From Paracoccaceae bacterium (GTDB lineage: Bacteria; Pseudomonadota; Alphaproteobacteria; Rhodobacterales; Rhodobacteraceae): a stretch of 64,000 nt of DNA. The translations under genes and the position numbers were made by a program. Positions 28,916-38,421 of this stretch are shown here, one piece after another. The DNA lies in contig JAGRMG010000243.1 of the NCBI GenBank assembly GCA_020441385.1, positions 18,732 to 82,731 of the forward strand. The letters are read 5' to 3'. Under the pieces are notes generated by a model. It did not search any database, was not told the origin of the DNA, and saw only the letters and a program-made list of their open reading frames with translations. The first letter of the stretch is position 1, and every line of letters begins with the position of its first letter.

Positions 28916-31842
28916 GTCAGATCTTCGGGGGTCGGGTCGGTGCTGCGGTCCCATTCGCCGAACCGCGCCAACTGGTCGTAATCGCCTGTATCAGTGTCTT
29001 TCTGGACCGCCCGCCGCGCGGTAAAGCCCTGATCGCGGCGCATGTAGGCGGCGATCAGTTGTCCGAACTCGGCCCAGACCCTGCCGGGCGGCTCGCTCTC
29101 CAGGGGGGCGGCGACTTCCTTGGGCGAGGTGCCCACGCCGATGAACACCGCGTCGGCCACGGGCGCGGCGGCCAGCCCTTCGAACGCGCCCCGTTGCGCC
29201 ATCGCGGCCTCGAGCAGAAGCTGCTTGTCGAACCGCGCCTGTTCCTTCTGCGAGGGCGGCGCGCCGGTCTTGTAGTCGTAGAGGATCAGCCCGCCCTCGG
29301 CATCGCGGTCGATCCGATCCGCCTTGGCCTTGAGGACGAAGGCCGGATCGCTCAGCGACGCGCGGCCGCGGATTTCGAAACCGACCGGCGTGGCGCGCGC
29401 CTGCCGGTCCGCCTCGGTCGCTAGGAACCAGTCGGCGATGCGCGCCAGCCGCGCCAGCCATAATCTGCGGGCGGCGGGCCAGGGCACGTCGCGTTCGAGG
29501 ATGTTCGCGGCCAGATCGAGGAAGGCGCCGCGCGAAGGCAGGCCCGTTTCAAGACTGTCGCGGACCGCCCGTTCCAGGATGTCGTGCATCACCGTGCCGC
29601 GCAGGCGCGCGTCGGGTTCCTGCACCAGCGGATCCAGCGGGTTCAGGCGCAGCACATGCCGTGCATAGATCGCATAGGGATCGCGGATCAGCCGCTTGAT
29701 CTCGGTCACCGACAATTCGCGCGGCCGCGCCGCGACGGGCGGGCGCGGCGAGGGCCGGGGCGCCTGGGGCAGCGGATCGGCCCGGTCCAGCGCCCCCGCC
29801 CAGTCAAGCCAGGTTCGGCCGCGCCCGGTCATGTCCGCCAGCGCCTGCGGCCCGCCCCGATCCGGCAGCCCGTTCAGCAGATTGGTCAGCCGGTTGAGCC
29901 AGCGCGAGGCCACCGTTTCGGCATCGTCCGACCGGGTGGCGCGGGTCAGCCAGACCTCGGGGGCGGCCACCGCCTGCTGGAAATCATGCGCCGACAGCCC
30001 GATCCGGCGTTCCGGCAACAACAGGCCGGCCGCCAGCCGCATCTGCCGGTTCAGCCAGGGATCGGGGGGCGCCGTCTCGGGCCAGCTGCCATCGTTCAGC
30101 CCGCCCAGGATCAGCAGGTCGGCACCCTGCACCCGCGCCTCGAGCGTGCCCCAGATCATGATGCCCGGATAGGGCGCGTCGCGGTCGCGCACCTCTTCCT
30201 GTTCAAGCAATGCGCCCAGGAGGTTCGCGAAATCGCGCGCGTCCATCGCGCCGCCGGCGCCGGCCTCGGCGGTCAGCATGTCCATCACCGCCAGCGCCTT
30301 CTGCCCGGCGTTGCGTTCCCACAGGGCGCCCGATCCGGTTGCGGCGCTGCCCGCGGCGATGGTTTCGGCAAGCGCGCGCAGCCGTGCCGCCCAGTCGGCC
30401 AGCGCCAGGCTGCCCGGCACGTCGCGGCCACAGAACGCCCCGGCCAGCCAGCCGGCCCAGTCCGCCGGGATGGTCCGGCGCCCGGCCGCCCAGGCGCCCA
30501 GCCGCGCGCTGTCGGGGAAGGGCGGCCCGTATCTGCGCAGGTGCAGTTCCAGATCGGTGCTGTGCAGCACATGATCGCCCCGCCCCGCGCCGCTGTGGCA
30601 CAGCGGATGTTTCAGCAGCGTCATCAATGCCGCCGCTGTCAGCCGTTCGGTGAACAGCGCCGCCACATGGCGCAGGAACCGGCCCGGCGGCGACAGGTGC
30701 AGCGGCAGGCCCGCGCTGTCGTCGGGTTCGATATCCCAGCGGCCCAGCGCCGCCGCCACCTGCCGGGTCAGCATCCGGTCGGGGGTGATCAGGGCGGCGG
30801 TCTGGCCCGTTTCAGCCGCCTGGCGCAGCCGCAGCGAGATCGCCAGCGCCTCGGCCCGGGGCGAGGGCGCCTCGAGCAGGGTCATGCCGGCGGTGGCCCC
30901 GGCCAGATCGCCCAGCCCCGGCCCCTCGCGCATCCAGGCGTCGGTGACGGGCGCGGGGCGCAGCGCCAGCGACACCAGCCGGTTGCGCGCGGGCGAGGGC
31001 GGTGGCGCGCCGGTCCAGCGCGAAATGTCCCGCGGGCGCAGATCCAGCAGATCCATCAGCCTGCGAAACCGGAATTGCGGGTGATCCTCCGAAACGATCG
31101 CCTGGCTCAGCCCGTCCCAGTGCGCCGCGCCCATGTCGAAATCGAAGCCCGGCAGGACAACCGCGCCCAGGGGCAGCCGTGCGACCGCCTGCATCAGCAT
31201 CGCCGTGGTGGCGCGCGAACCTGTGGATCCGGCCAGGATCACCGGATGTTTTGGCGGCGCGGCCCGCCAGCCCGCGATCAGGTTTTCTATCACCCGGCGC
31301 TGGCGGGCCTGCGGGTCGAGCATGTCGTCGCCGGCGGCGGCGTATTCCCTGGCGATGCCGATGAAGGCTTGCGCCCGCGCCCAGTGGCCCGACATGTCGC
31401 TGACATCCAGCGCGGCGATATCGTCGGGCGTCACGCCTTCGCCCTGCATCTCGTCGATCAGCGCGGCCAGACTGTCGGCAAGATCGTAAAGCGAGGCGCG
31501 CGGCGCAAGGTCGGGCTGACGATCCAGCAGCGCGCCGATCAGCCGCGCCAGTTCCAGCCGCCGGCGCAGCGGCGGGATCGCCACGGGCAGGCGGGCGATA
31601 TCGCCGGTTTCGCCCAGGTCGGTGATCAGCGACAGCCGCGGCAGCAGACGCGGCGGGCCGGCGTCGAACAGCGCGCGGATGCGCCGCGCCATGCGGCGGG
31701 TGTTGACAACAAGATGCACCCGCGCCAGCGCCTCGGGCGGCTGCCCCTCGCAGCGCGCCACCAGCCCGTCGATCAGGGCGCGGGGAAAATCCACGCCCGG
31801 GGGCAGGGCGAAGACGCGCGGCGTTCGCGAATTCTCAAACAT
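28912..31842 (-). CDS. addB: Double-strand break repair protein AddB
   Basis: About 976 aa with a C-terminal nuclease block (ADRIDR...LILYDYKTG). It sits directly upstream of addA. I start at ATG 31842 (MFENSRTPRVFALPPG...), which overlaps the murU stop by 8 nt. Confidence 0.88.
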   Translation of the reverse strand: MFENSRTPRVFALPPGVDFPRALIDGLVARCEGQPPEALARVHLVVNTRRMARRIRALFDAGPPRLLPRLSLITDLGETGDIARLPVAIPPLRRRLELARLIGALLDRQPDLAPRASLYDLADSLAALIDEMQGEGVTPDDIAALDVSDMSGHWARAQAFIGIAREYAAAGDDMLDPQARQRRVIENLIAGWRAAPPKHPVILAGSTGSRATTAMLMQAVARLPLGAVVLPGFDFDMGAAHWDGLSQAIVSEDHPQFRFRRLMDLLDLRPRDISRWTGAPPPSPARNRLVSLALRPAPVTDAWMREGPGLGDLAGATAGMTLLEAPSPRAEALAISLRLRQAAETGQTAALITPDRMLTRQVAAALGRWDIEPDDSAGLPLHLSPPGRFLRHVAALFTERLTAAALMTLLKHPLCHSGAGRGDHVLHSTDLELHLRRYGPPFPDSARLGAWAAGRRTIPADWAGWLAGAFCGRDVPGSLALADWAARLRALAETIAAGSAATGSGALWERNAGQKALAVMDMLTAEAGAGGAMDARDFANLLGALLEQEEVRDRDAPYPGIMIWGTLEARVQGADLLILGGLNDGSWPETAPPDPWLNRQMRLAAGLLLPERRIGLSAHDFQQAVAAPEVWLTRATRSDDAETVASRWLNRLTNLLNGLPDRGGPQALADMTGRGRTWLDWAGALDRADPLPQAPRPSPRPPVAARPRELSVTEIKRLIRDPYAIYARHVLRLNPLDPLVQEPDARLRGTVMHDILERAVRDSLETGLPSRGAFLDLAANILERDVPWPAARRLWLARLARIADWFLATEADRQARATPVGFEIRGRASLSDPAFVLKAKADRIDRDAEGGLILYDYKTGAPPSQKEQARFDKQLLLEAAMAQRGAFEGLAAAPVADAVFIGVGTSPKEVAAPLESEPPGRVWAEFGQLIAAYMRRDQGFTARRAVQKDTDTGDYDQLARFGEWDRSTDPTPEDLT

Positions 31843-32521
31843 CGCTCTCTTCCAGCATTCTTTCGGCCAGCGCGATACCCTCGGGGTGGCCGACATCGCA
31901 CCAGCGGCCGGGGTAGGACAGGCCGAAAAGCCGCCCCTGTTTCAGCATCCTGTCCCACAGCAGGTTCAGCGAAAACGCGGCTTCACCGAACTCGCTCAGT
32001 GCGCCGGGCTTGACGATCTGCGCGCCCCCATAGATCAGCCCCGGGCCGCGCCGAAGGCGCCCGTCGGGTTGCGCCAGGAAATCGCCCGTGCCGGCATGAC
32101 CGATGGCGCCGGCGGGCGGAATGCATGTCAGCAGCGCATCCATCCGCAACGGATCCCAGGCCGCGCGCAAGAGCCGCAGCGGGTTCGGCCCGACCCAGAC
32201 CGCGTCGGTGTTCAGGGTAAAGACCGGCCCGCCGCCCAGCAGCGGCAACGCCGCCCTCAGCCCGCCGCCGGTATCAAGGATTTGGGGCTGTTCATGCGAC
32301 AGGATGATGCCCAGCGGCGCAAGATGCGCCTCGAGCGGTTCGGGCAGGTAGTGCAGGTTGGCGACGATCCGGGCCGGGGCGATGTCCCGGGCCAGGGCCA
32401 GCGCATGGTCGATCAGCGGCCGGCCCGCCACCGGGATCAGCGGTTTGGGCCGGTCCCGGGTCAGCGCCCCCATGCGCGTGCCGAACCCGGCGGCGAACAG
32501 CATCACGGCATCCGGCTTCAT
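31835..32521 (-). CDS. murU: Sugar-phosphate nucleotidyltransferase, MurU-like (N-acetylmuramate alpha-1-phosphate uridylyltransferase)
   Basis: 228 aa. The N-terminal MLFAAGFGTRMGALTRDRPKPLIPVAGRPLIDH is the NTP-transferase signature. It is paired with an AmgK-like kinase, and its start overlaps the amgK stop (ATGA). Confidence 0.72.
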   Translation of the reverse strand: MKPDAVMLFAAGFGTRMGALTRDRPKPLIPVAGRPLIDHALALARDIAPARIVANLHYLPEPLEAHLAPLGIILSHEQPQILDTGGGLRAALPLLGGGPVFTLNTDAVWVGPNPLRLLRAAWDPLRMDALLTCIPPAGAIGHAGTGDFLAQPDGRLRRGPGLIYGGAQIVKPGALSEFGEAAFSLNLLWDRMLKQGRLFGLSYPGRWCDVGHPEGIALAERMLEESDV

Positions 32522-33525
32522 GCGGGGTGCAGCGCGGCGAGGTTTTCGGGCGACGGTTCGGGCAGGGCATCGCGCAGCAGCCCGGCCACCGGGGCGAGCG
32601 CCGGATGGTCGAGATCGCGTTGCAGATGCGCCCATACGCGCGGCACCAGGCCCAGATAGTGCGGCTTGGCGCGTTCCGTTGCCAGACGGGCGAAGACGCC
32701 GAGGATGCGCAGGTTGCGCTGGGCGCCCAGCACGGCATAGGCGGTTGCGAAGGCATCGGGGTCATGCCCGCTGGCGGCCAGATACCGGGCGCGCATGGCG
32801 GTTTCGATAGCGGGCGGCACATCGCGCCGCGCGTCCTGGAGCAGCGACACCAGATCATAGGCCGGATGGCCCAGCATCGCATCCTGGAAATCCAGTAGCC
32901 CGACACGCGCGACGCCGCTGCGCATCGGCAGCCACAGCAGGTTCTCGGCGTGGTAGTCGCGCTGGATCAGCACCAGGGGCACCTGCGCCGTGATCTCGCG
33001 CAGGATAGCGACAAACCGGCTTTCAAAGCGCGACCGGGCGGCGGGATCGGGTGCGCCGCGAATGCGGTCGCGGTATTTCGAGAACGCCAGGGCGGCAAGT
33101 TCGGTCATCAGGGCCGGGCCGTATTCGGCCAGGGCCGGCGGTGTCGCCCGGTGCAGCGCAACCAGCACATCGGTTGCGGTTTCGTAAAGCTGCACTTCCA
33201 GATCCGGGCGCGCCGCAACGACACGCGCGAACAGGTCGTCGCCCAGATCTTCCAGGATCAGAAACCCCGCCTGCCTGTCCTGCGCCAGAATGTCGGGCGC
33301 GCTCAGCCCGGCGGCGCGCAGGAACCGGGCGATTTCGATGAAGGGGCCCACATCCTCGCCCGTGTCCGGCGGCGCATCCATCAGGATCGCGCCTTGGCGC
33401 GTGGCCGGATCGCTCAGCCGTTCATAGCGGCGGTTCGAGGCGTCCCCGGCCAGCGCCGCGCGCTCGGCTCCGGCCCAGTCGGTGCGGCCCAGAAAGGCGC
33501 GCAACTGCGCTTCGCGCTCAGTCAT
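32518..33525 (-). CDS. amgK: Aminoglycoside-phosphotransferase-fold kinase, AmgK-like (anomeric MurNAc/GlcNAc kinase)
   Basis: 335 aa. GDASNRRYERL, catalytic-loop QRDYHAENLLW and DFQDA follow the APH/choline-kinase fold. Start at ATG 33525 overlaps the tsaE stop by 8 nt. Confidence 0.7.
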   Translation of the reverse strand: MTEREAQLRAFLGRTDWAGAERAALAGDASNRRYERLSDPATRQGAILMDAPPDTGEDVGPFIEIARFLRAAGLSAPDILAQDRQAGFLILEDLGDDLFARVVAARPDLEVQLYETATDVLVALHRATPPALAEYGPALMTELAALAFSKYRDRIRGAPDPAARSRFESRFVAILREITAQVPLVLIQRDYHAENLLWLPMRSGVARVGLLDFQDAMLGHPAYDLVSLLQDARRDVPPAIETAMRARYLAASGHDPDAFATAYAVLGAQRNLRILGVFARLATERAKPHYLGLVPRVWAHLQRDLDHPALAPVAGLLRDALPEPSPENLAALHPA

Positions 33526-33997
33526 CCGCGATCCCCTCCAGAATGTCGGCCCACCTGCCCGCCGTCCACTCAAACCCGATCCGGCGCATGTCCTCGCGAT
33601 GGGGATCGGTGGCAAAGCCGACGGTCAGCGCCCCGTCGGGAGCGAGCGTGCCCAGACGGTCAGGCCATTCCACCAGGCAGATCGCGGTCTCGAATGCCTC
33701 TGTGAGGCCCAGTTCCTCGATTTCGTCGGGCGCGGCCAGGCGATAGAGATCGGCGTGCCAGATCGCGGCATCGGAGGTGTGATAGGTCTGAACCAGCGTG
33801 AAGGTGGGCGACGGCACCTCTTCGGGCACCGTCATCCGCGAGCGGATCAGCGCGCGGGCAAAATGCGTCTTGCCCGCTCCGATCGGTCCGTCCAGCAGCA
33901 GGCAGTCGCCCGGCGCCAGCCGTGCGCCCAGGCGGGCGGCCAGCCGGGCGGTCTGCTGTGGCGACAGGCTTTGAAGGCTTCGGCGCGGCTCGGTCAT
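33518..33997 (-). CDS. tsaE: tRNA threonylcarbamoyladenosine biosynthesis ATPase TsaE
   Basis: About 159 aa with P-loop LLLDGPIGAGKTHFAR, SPTFTLVQ and HADLYRL motifs. Start at ATG 33997. Confidence 0.85.
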   Translation of the reverse strand: MTEPRRSLQSLSPQQTARLAARLGARLAPGDCLLLDGPIGAGKTHFARALIRSRMTVPEEVPSPTFTLVQTYHTSDAAIWHADLYRLAAPDEIEELGLTEAFETAICLVEWPDRLGTLAPDGALTVGFATDPHREDMRRIGFEWTAGRWADILEGIADD

Positions 33998-34039
33998 GGC
34001 GGCTACAATGGCGGCGTGCCGTGGCGGCTGCAAGCGCGT

Positions 34040-35617
34040 TCAGGCGGGTTCGGCCGCGACCGATTGCGGCTGTCGCAGGTTCTCGTTCCGCGCCTCCGGG
34101 CGCCGGAACCGGACCATCGTCGCGCCGTTCTGGATCGGCTGAATTGCACAATCCAGCGCCTCGCCGCTGCGCAGGCGCAATTCGGCCCCCCAGGCGGCGC
34201 GGTTCTCGCGCGCGGCGACGAAATCGCGCAATTCGCCCCAGAGCGGGGTCGGCGCGCTCTGGTTCTGCCAGGTGCGGGCCGCGTCCAGTATCGTCATCTG
34301 CGCAAAGCTGCGATCCGGGTCGAGCCCCCACAGCGCATGGAAGGCTTCGTTGGAAAACACCAGCGTACCGTCCGGGGAAAACACCGCAATCGCGTCCTCG
34401 ACATGATCCAGGATCGCCTGACCCAGCTCCAGTTCCGACCGGAACCGGCGCGTCAGGGTGATTTCGGCGGTGATGTCCTCGAACAGGAACGCCACGGCGC
34501 CGTCGGGATGGGGCCGGCCGCTGACCGAATAGACCGACCCGGAGGGCAGCGACCAGGTTTCCTGATAGCGCCCGTCGGCCGCCGCGGCCACCAGATCGGC
34601 CATCTGCTGGCGCCAGCCGGTGTAGTTCTTCGGTTCGGGCATCATCCGCCGGTCGCGCAGGCGGTCGAAGAAGGAGGACAGCGCCGGCCGCGCGCTGAGA
34701 AAGTCGGCGGGCAGCGCCGTCAGGTCGATCAGCGCCGGATTGAACAGCGCCAGTTGGCGGTTCCGGTCGAAGATGGCCAGCCCGATGGGCAGCTGGGCGA
34801 ATGTCTTGGCCAGGGTCTGCACGAAGTTGCGCTGGGCGATTTCGGCATCGACCACGGCATTGATGTCGGCGGCGAAAAACAGACGCCCCGCCGGCAGCGT
34901 GGCGACCGTGACATCGAACCAGAGCTTGTGGTTCTGTCCGTCCGCGACGATGGAGATCCGGGTCCGGCGGCCGGGCGGCAGCGCCGTGGTGTCGTCGGGA
35001 AACAGCGGCTGCGACAGCCGGACATCCTTGCCGCGCAACTTGCGCGCCAGAAGGCCATAGGCGGCGTTGTGCCAGGTCACGCGGCCCCCGCCATTCAGCC
35101 GCCAGACCGGATAGGGTGTGGCGTCCATGGCCAGGCGCAGGATGTCGAGTTCGCCGTCGCGGCTTGCCGGGCTCGTCGCGGGGGCCAGGGAATCGGCGGC
35201 CAGGCAGAGGCGCGTGACCTCGCCGATGCGTTCCACCAGGATGTCGCCGGCAAGCAGATCGTCGCGCGCGCGGATCACGCGCCGTTCGCCATCGCCAAGA
35301 GTATCGGGCGCGCGCGGCAGGTCGGGGTAGGTGGCGACAAGGCGGTCGTGCAGGCGCGCCCAGTCCGGGGCCGGTGCGGGATCGTCGGAATCGGGCGCAA
35401 GCAGGCCGCGCAGGTCGGTCGAGGCATCGGCAAGCCCCGTGGCATCGAACAGCAGCACCGGGCCGCCGGGGTCGCCGGGGCCGGGCGCCGTCGCGGCCGG
35501 ATGCGCGCGGCGCGGCGACAGGAACATGGCGGCGCCGATCGCCGCGATGGCGCAGATCGCCGACAGAACGGCCGTTTCGATTGTCAGCACCACATCCATC
35601 CGCCCGAATTGCGCCAT
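34040..35617 (-). CDS. Membrane-anchored multi-PAS-domain protein with no recognisable kinase or output domain
   Basis: 525 aa with an N-terminal TM helix (VVLTIETAVLSAICAIAAIGAAMFL). Repeated PAS-like blocks follow (PYPVWRLNGGGRVTWHNAAY; PIGLAIFDRNRQLALFNPA; AIAVFSPDGTLVFSNEAF). No H-box or N/G1/G2 boxes are present. It lies 60 nt downstream of regB. Confidence 0.65.
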   Translation of the reverse strand: MAQFGRMDVVLTIETAVLSAICAIAAIGAAMFLSPRRAHPAATAPGPGDPGGPVLLFDATGLADASTDLRGLLAPDSDDPAPAPDWARLHDRLVATYPDLPRAPDTLGDGERRVIRARDDLLAGDILVERIGEVTRLCLAADSLAPATSPASRDGELDILRLAMDATPYPVWRLNGGGRVTWHNAAYGLLARKLRGKDVRLSQPLFPDDTTALPPGRRTRISIVADGQNHKLWFDVTVATLPAGRLFFAADINAVVDAEIAQRNFVQTLAKTFAQLPIGLAIFDRNRQLALFNPALIDLTALPADFLSARPALSSFFDRLRDRRMMPEPKNYTGWRQQMADLVAAAADGRYQETWSLPSGSVYSVSGRPHPDGAVAFLFEDITAEITLTRRFRSELELGQAILDHVEDAIAVFSPDGTLVFSNEAFHALWGLDPDRSFAQMTILDAARTWQNQSAPTPLWGELRDFVAARENRAAWGAELRLRSGEALDCAIQPIQNGATMVRFRRPEARNENLRQPQSVAAEPA

Positions 35618-35677
35618 TGCGCAACACTGTGCCGCGCGATTGGTTAACGCATGCTTAACCGTCGGTGGAGGGAACGA

Positions 35678-37075
35678 TCAGATCTCGATGGGCTGGTTGC
35701 GCCCCAGCGGCACCGCGTGATCGCCAGACCGTGCGTCGATGGCGCGCCGCGGCCAGACCACCTCGACCACCGCGCCGCGCTGCTCGGCGCGGGCATCGAC
35801 CCCGTGCGCCGGATCCCGGGCATTGGCGAATCGGATGCTGGCGCCGGAGCGTTCCAGCAGCGTCTTGGCGATGAACAGCCCAAGGCCCATGCCCTCGTAT
35901 TCCGGGCGTTCCTTGCGGTCGCTTTCGGTGCGGCGCCGGCGCACGAACGGGTCGCCGATGCGCCCGATCAGATGCGGCGGGTATCCGCGCCCGTCATCGA
36001 GAATGCGCACCGTGATCTGGCCCTCGGTCCAGATCGTTTCGACCCAGACATTGGCATGGGCGAAATCCACCGCGTTCTGGATCAGGTTGCGCAGCCCGTG
36101 GATGACCTCGGGCATGCGCAGGATCGAGGGCTGTTGCAGCCCGCCATCCCCGGCCGGCCCTTCCTCGAAGTGTATGGTCTTGCCGCGGCGCATATGCGGT
36201 TCCGCCGCCTCGTGAATGACGGTCGAAAGCGGCGCCTGGCGCAGGTGCAGATCGTCCTTTCCGGCCCGGCCCATGTCGCGCAGGATGTCGCGGCAGCGGT
36301 CAGCCTGCTGGCGGATCAGCGCCGCATCCTCGCGCAGGTCGGGCCGGTCGTCGAGTTCCTCGATCAGTTCCGCGCTTGTCAGCTTGATCGTGGCCAGCGG
36401 CGTGCCCAGTTCGTGCGCGGCCGCCGCGATCACGCCGCCCAGGTCGGTCAGCTTCTGTTCGCGGCTCAGCGCCATCTGCGTCGCCGCCAGCGCCTCGGAC
36501 ATCGACCGTGTCTCGGAGCTGATCCGCAGCGAATAGGCGCCAAGGAAGACGATGGCGATAATGGTGGCGGCCCAGTTGCCGAACATGAAGATCTCGGGGA
36601 TGCGCAGGACATAGCCCATCTCGGTGCGCAGCGGCAGGTGGTACAGCGCCAGCGCCGTGACGAGGACGATGGCGGCCCCGCCGATCATCGCCGTCGCGCG
36701 CAGCCCCATGACGTTGGCCGATATCACCACCGGCCCCAGCAGCAGCAGCGCGAACGGATTGGTCAGTCCTCCGGTCAGGTACAGCAGAAAGGCCAGTTGC
36801 AGCAAATCGAACAACACGGTCAGGAAGTTCTCGAACTCCGACAGCCGCTTGTTCTGGGGAAACACGAAGATGGCGACCAGGTTGGCGGCCACCGAAACGC
36901 CGATGGCCATATAGCACAGGCCAAGTTCGAATTGCAGGTGATAGACGCGCTGGGCCACGGTAATGGCCGCGAACTGCCCGACCACCGCCACCCAGCGCAG
37001 CCAGATCAGCGTGCGCAGGCGGATCCAGCTGCTGCGCTCCTGCCCGCGCCAGAGGCCGATACTGGTATCCGGCAT
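35678..37075 (-). CDS. regB: Redox-responsive sensor histidine kinase RegB/PrrB
   Basis: 465 aa from ATG 37075. Multi-TM N-terminus with the quinone-site heptapeptide GGLTNPF, the H-box AAAHELGTPLATIKL, a redox-box Cys (ADRCRDIL) and an HATPase domain. Divergent from senC-regA. Confidence 0.9.
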   Translation of the reverse strand: MPDTSIGLWRGQERSSWIRLRTLIWLRWVAVVGQFAAITVAQRVYHLQFELGLCYMAIGVSVAANLVAIFVFPQNKRLSEFENFLTVLFDLLQLAFLLYLTGGLTNPFALLLLGPVVISANVMGLRATAMIGGAAIVLVTALALYHLPLRTEMGYVLRIPEIFMFGNWAATIIAIVFLGAYSLRISSETRSMSEALAATQMALSREQKLTDLGGVIAAAAHELGTPLATIKLTSAELIEELDDRPDLREDAALIRQQADRCRDILRDMGRAGKDDLHLRQAPLSTVIHEAAEPHMRRGKTIHFEEGPAGDGGLQQPSILRMPEVIHGLRNLIQNAVDFAHANVWVETIWTEGQITVRILDDGRGYPPHLIGRIGDPFVRRRRTESDRKERPEYEGMGLGLFIAKTLLERSGASIRFANARDPAHGVDARAEQRGAVVEVVWPRRAIDARSGDHAVPLGRNQPIEI

Positions 37076-37167
37076 GTGATCTCTCGTCCTATTGCAACGG
37101 CTGCATATGTTGATAGGTGTCCGCGGCGAAACGATCAACACGCCCGATAGCCCGGAGACCAGACCAG

Positions 37168-37788
37168 ATGACCCGCCAGATAGCCGTTGCCGCCGCCGTT
37201 CTTGTCGTTGCCGTTGTGGGGGGCATCTGGGTCGCCAGCATGCTGGGCGGGTCGGACGACCGGTTCGCACAATGCCGCGAGGGCCAGGTCGCCGGCGGGG
37301 TCGATATCGGCGGCCCGTTCGAACTGGTCAACTCCATGGGCGAGACGGTGACCGACAAGGACGTGCTGACAGCGCCGTCGCTGATCTATTTCGGCTATAC
37401 GTTCTGCCCCGATGTCTGCCCGCTGGACGTTGCCCGCAACGCCGAGGCGATCGACCTTCTGGAAGAGCGCGGCCAGATGGTCACGCCGGTCTTCATCTCG
37501 GTCGACCCCAAGCGGGACACGCCCGAGGTGGTCGGCGATTTCGCCTACAACCTGCACGAACGGATGATCGGTCTGACCGGATCGCCCGAACAGGTCAAGG
37601 CGGCCAGCCAGGCCTACAAGACCTATTACAAGGCGCATGATGCCGAAGGCGACGAATTCTATCTGGTCGATCATTCGACATTCACCTATCTGGTGCTGCC
37701 CGAACACGGGTTCGTCGAGTATTTCAAGCGCGGCGACACCCCCGAGGACATGGCCGACCGGATCGGCTGTTTTCTTGAGAACATGTAG
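37168..37788 (+). CDS. senC: SCO1/SenC (PrrC) copper chaperone, thiol-disulfide oxidoreductase family
   Basis: TM anchor plus YFGYTFCPDVCP (CxxxC) and a conserved downstream His (VDHSTF). I start at ATG 37168; the alternative is GTG 37117. Confidence 0.88.
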   Translation: MTRQIAVAAAVLVVAVVGGIWVASMLGGSDDRFAQCREGQVAGGVDIGGPFELVNSMGETVTDKDVLTAPSLIYFGYTFCPDVCPLDVARNAEAIDLLEERGQMVTPVFISVDPKRDTPEVVGDFAYNLHERMIGLTGSPEQVKAASQAYKTYYKAHDAEGDEFYLVDHSTFTYLVLPEHGFVEYFKRGDTPEDMADRIGCFLENM

Positions 37789-37802
37789 CCCCGACGCGGT
37801 AT

Positions 37803-37830
37803 TTGACCTTTGGGCGGGTGCTGGTAATAC
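37803..37830 (+). promoter_or_regulatory. Putative sigma70-type promoter in the senC-regA spacer (TTGACC-N16-TAATAC)
   Basis: Motif seen directly in the sequence, about 37 nt upstream of the regA ATG. Confidence 0.3.
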
Positions 37831-37866
37831 TCGCGCGACAAAATGACCCGCCGCGAAGGAGAGCGC

Positions 37867-38421
37867 ATGGCCAATCCCGCCCTGCCGGAGATCGGACCGG
37901 ACAAATCACTGCTTCTGGTCGATGATGACGAACCGTTTCTGCGGCGCCTGGCCAAGGCGATGGAAAAGCGCGGCTTCGAGATCGAGACCGCCGGTTCCGT
38001 GGCTGCCGGAAAGGCCATCGCCACTGCCCGGACCCCGGCCTATGCGGTCGTCGATCTGCGGCTGGAGGACGGCAACGGGCTGGACGTGGTCGAGGTGCTG
38101 CGCGAAAAGCGGCCCGATTGCCGGGTCGTCGTCCTGACCGGCTATGGCGCCATCGCCACCGCCGTGGCGGCGGTCAAGATCGGAGCCACGGATTACCTGT
38201 CCAAGCCCGCCGACGCCACCGACATCACCAACGCCCTGCTGGCAAGCGGCGACGACCTGCCGCCGCCGCCCGACAACCCGATGAGCGCCGATCGCGTGCG
38301 CTGGGAACATATCCAGCGGGTCTATGAACTGTGCGACCGCAACGTGAGCGAAACCGCGCGGCGGTTGAACATGCACCGCCGGACGCTGCAAAGGATACTG
38401 GCCAAACGCAGCCCGAGATGA
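37867..38421 (+). CDS. regA: Global redox response regulator RegA/PrrA/ActR
   Basis: 184 aa from ATG 37867, with an AAGGAG Shine-Dalgarno 5 nt upstream. SLLLVDDDEPFLRRLAKAMEKRGF and the C-terminal CDRNVSETARRLNMHRRTLQRILAKRSPR are nearly invariant in the RegA family. Confidence 0.95.
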   Translation: MANPALPEIGPDKSLLLVDDDEPFLRRLAKAMEKRGFEIETAGSVAAGKAIATARTPAYAVVDLRLEDGNGLDVVEVLREKRPDCRVVVLTGYGAIATAVAAVKIGATDYLSKPADATDITNALLASGDDLPPPPDNPMSADRVRWEHIQRVYELCDRNVSETARRLNMHRRTLQRILAKRSPR

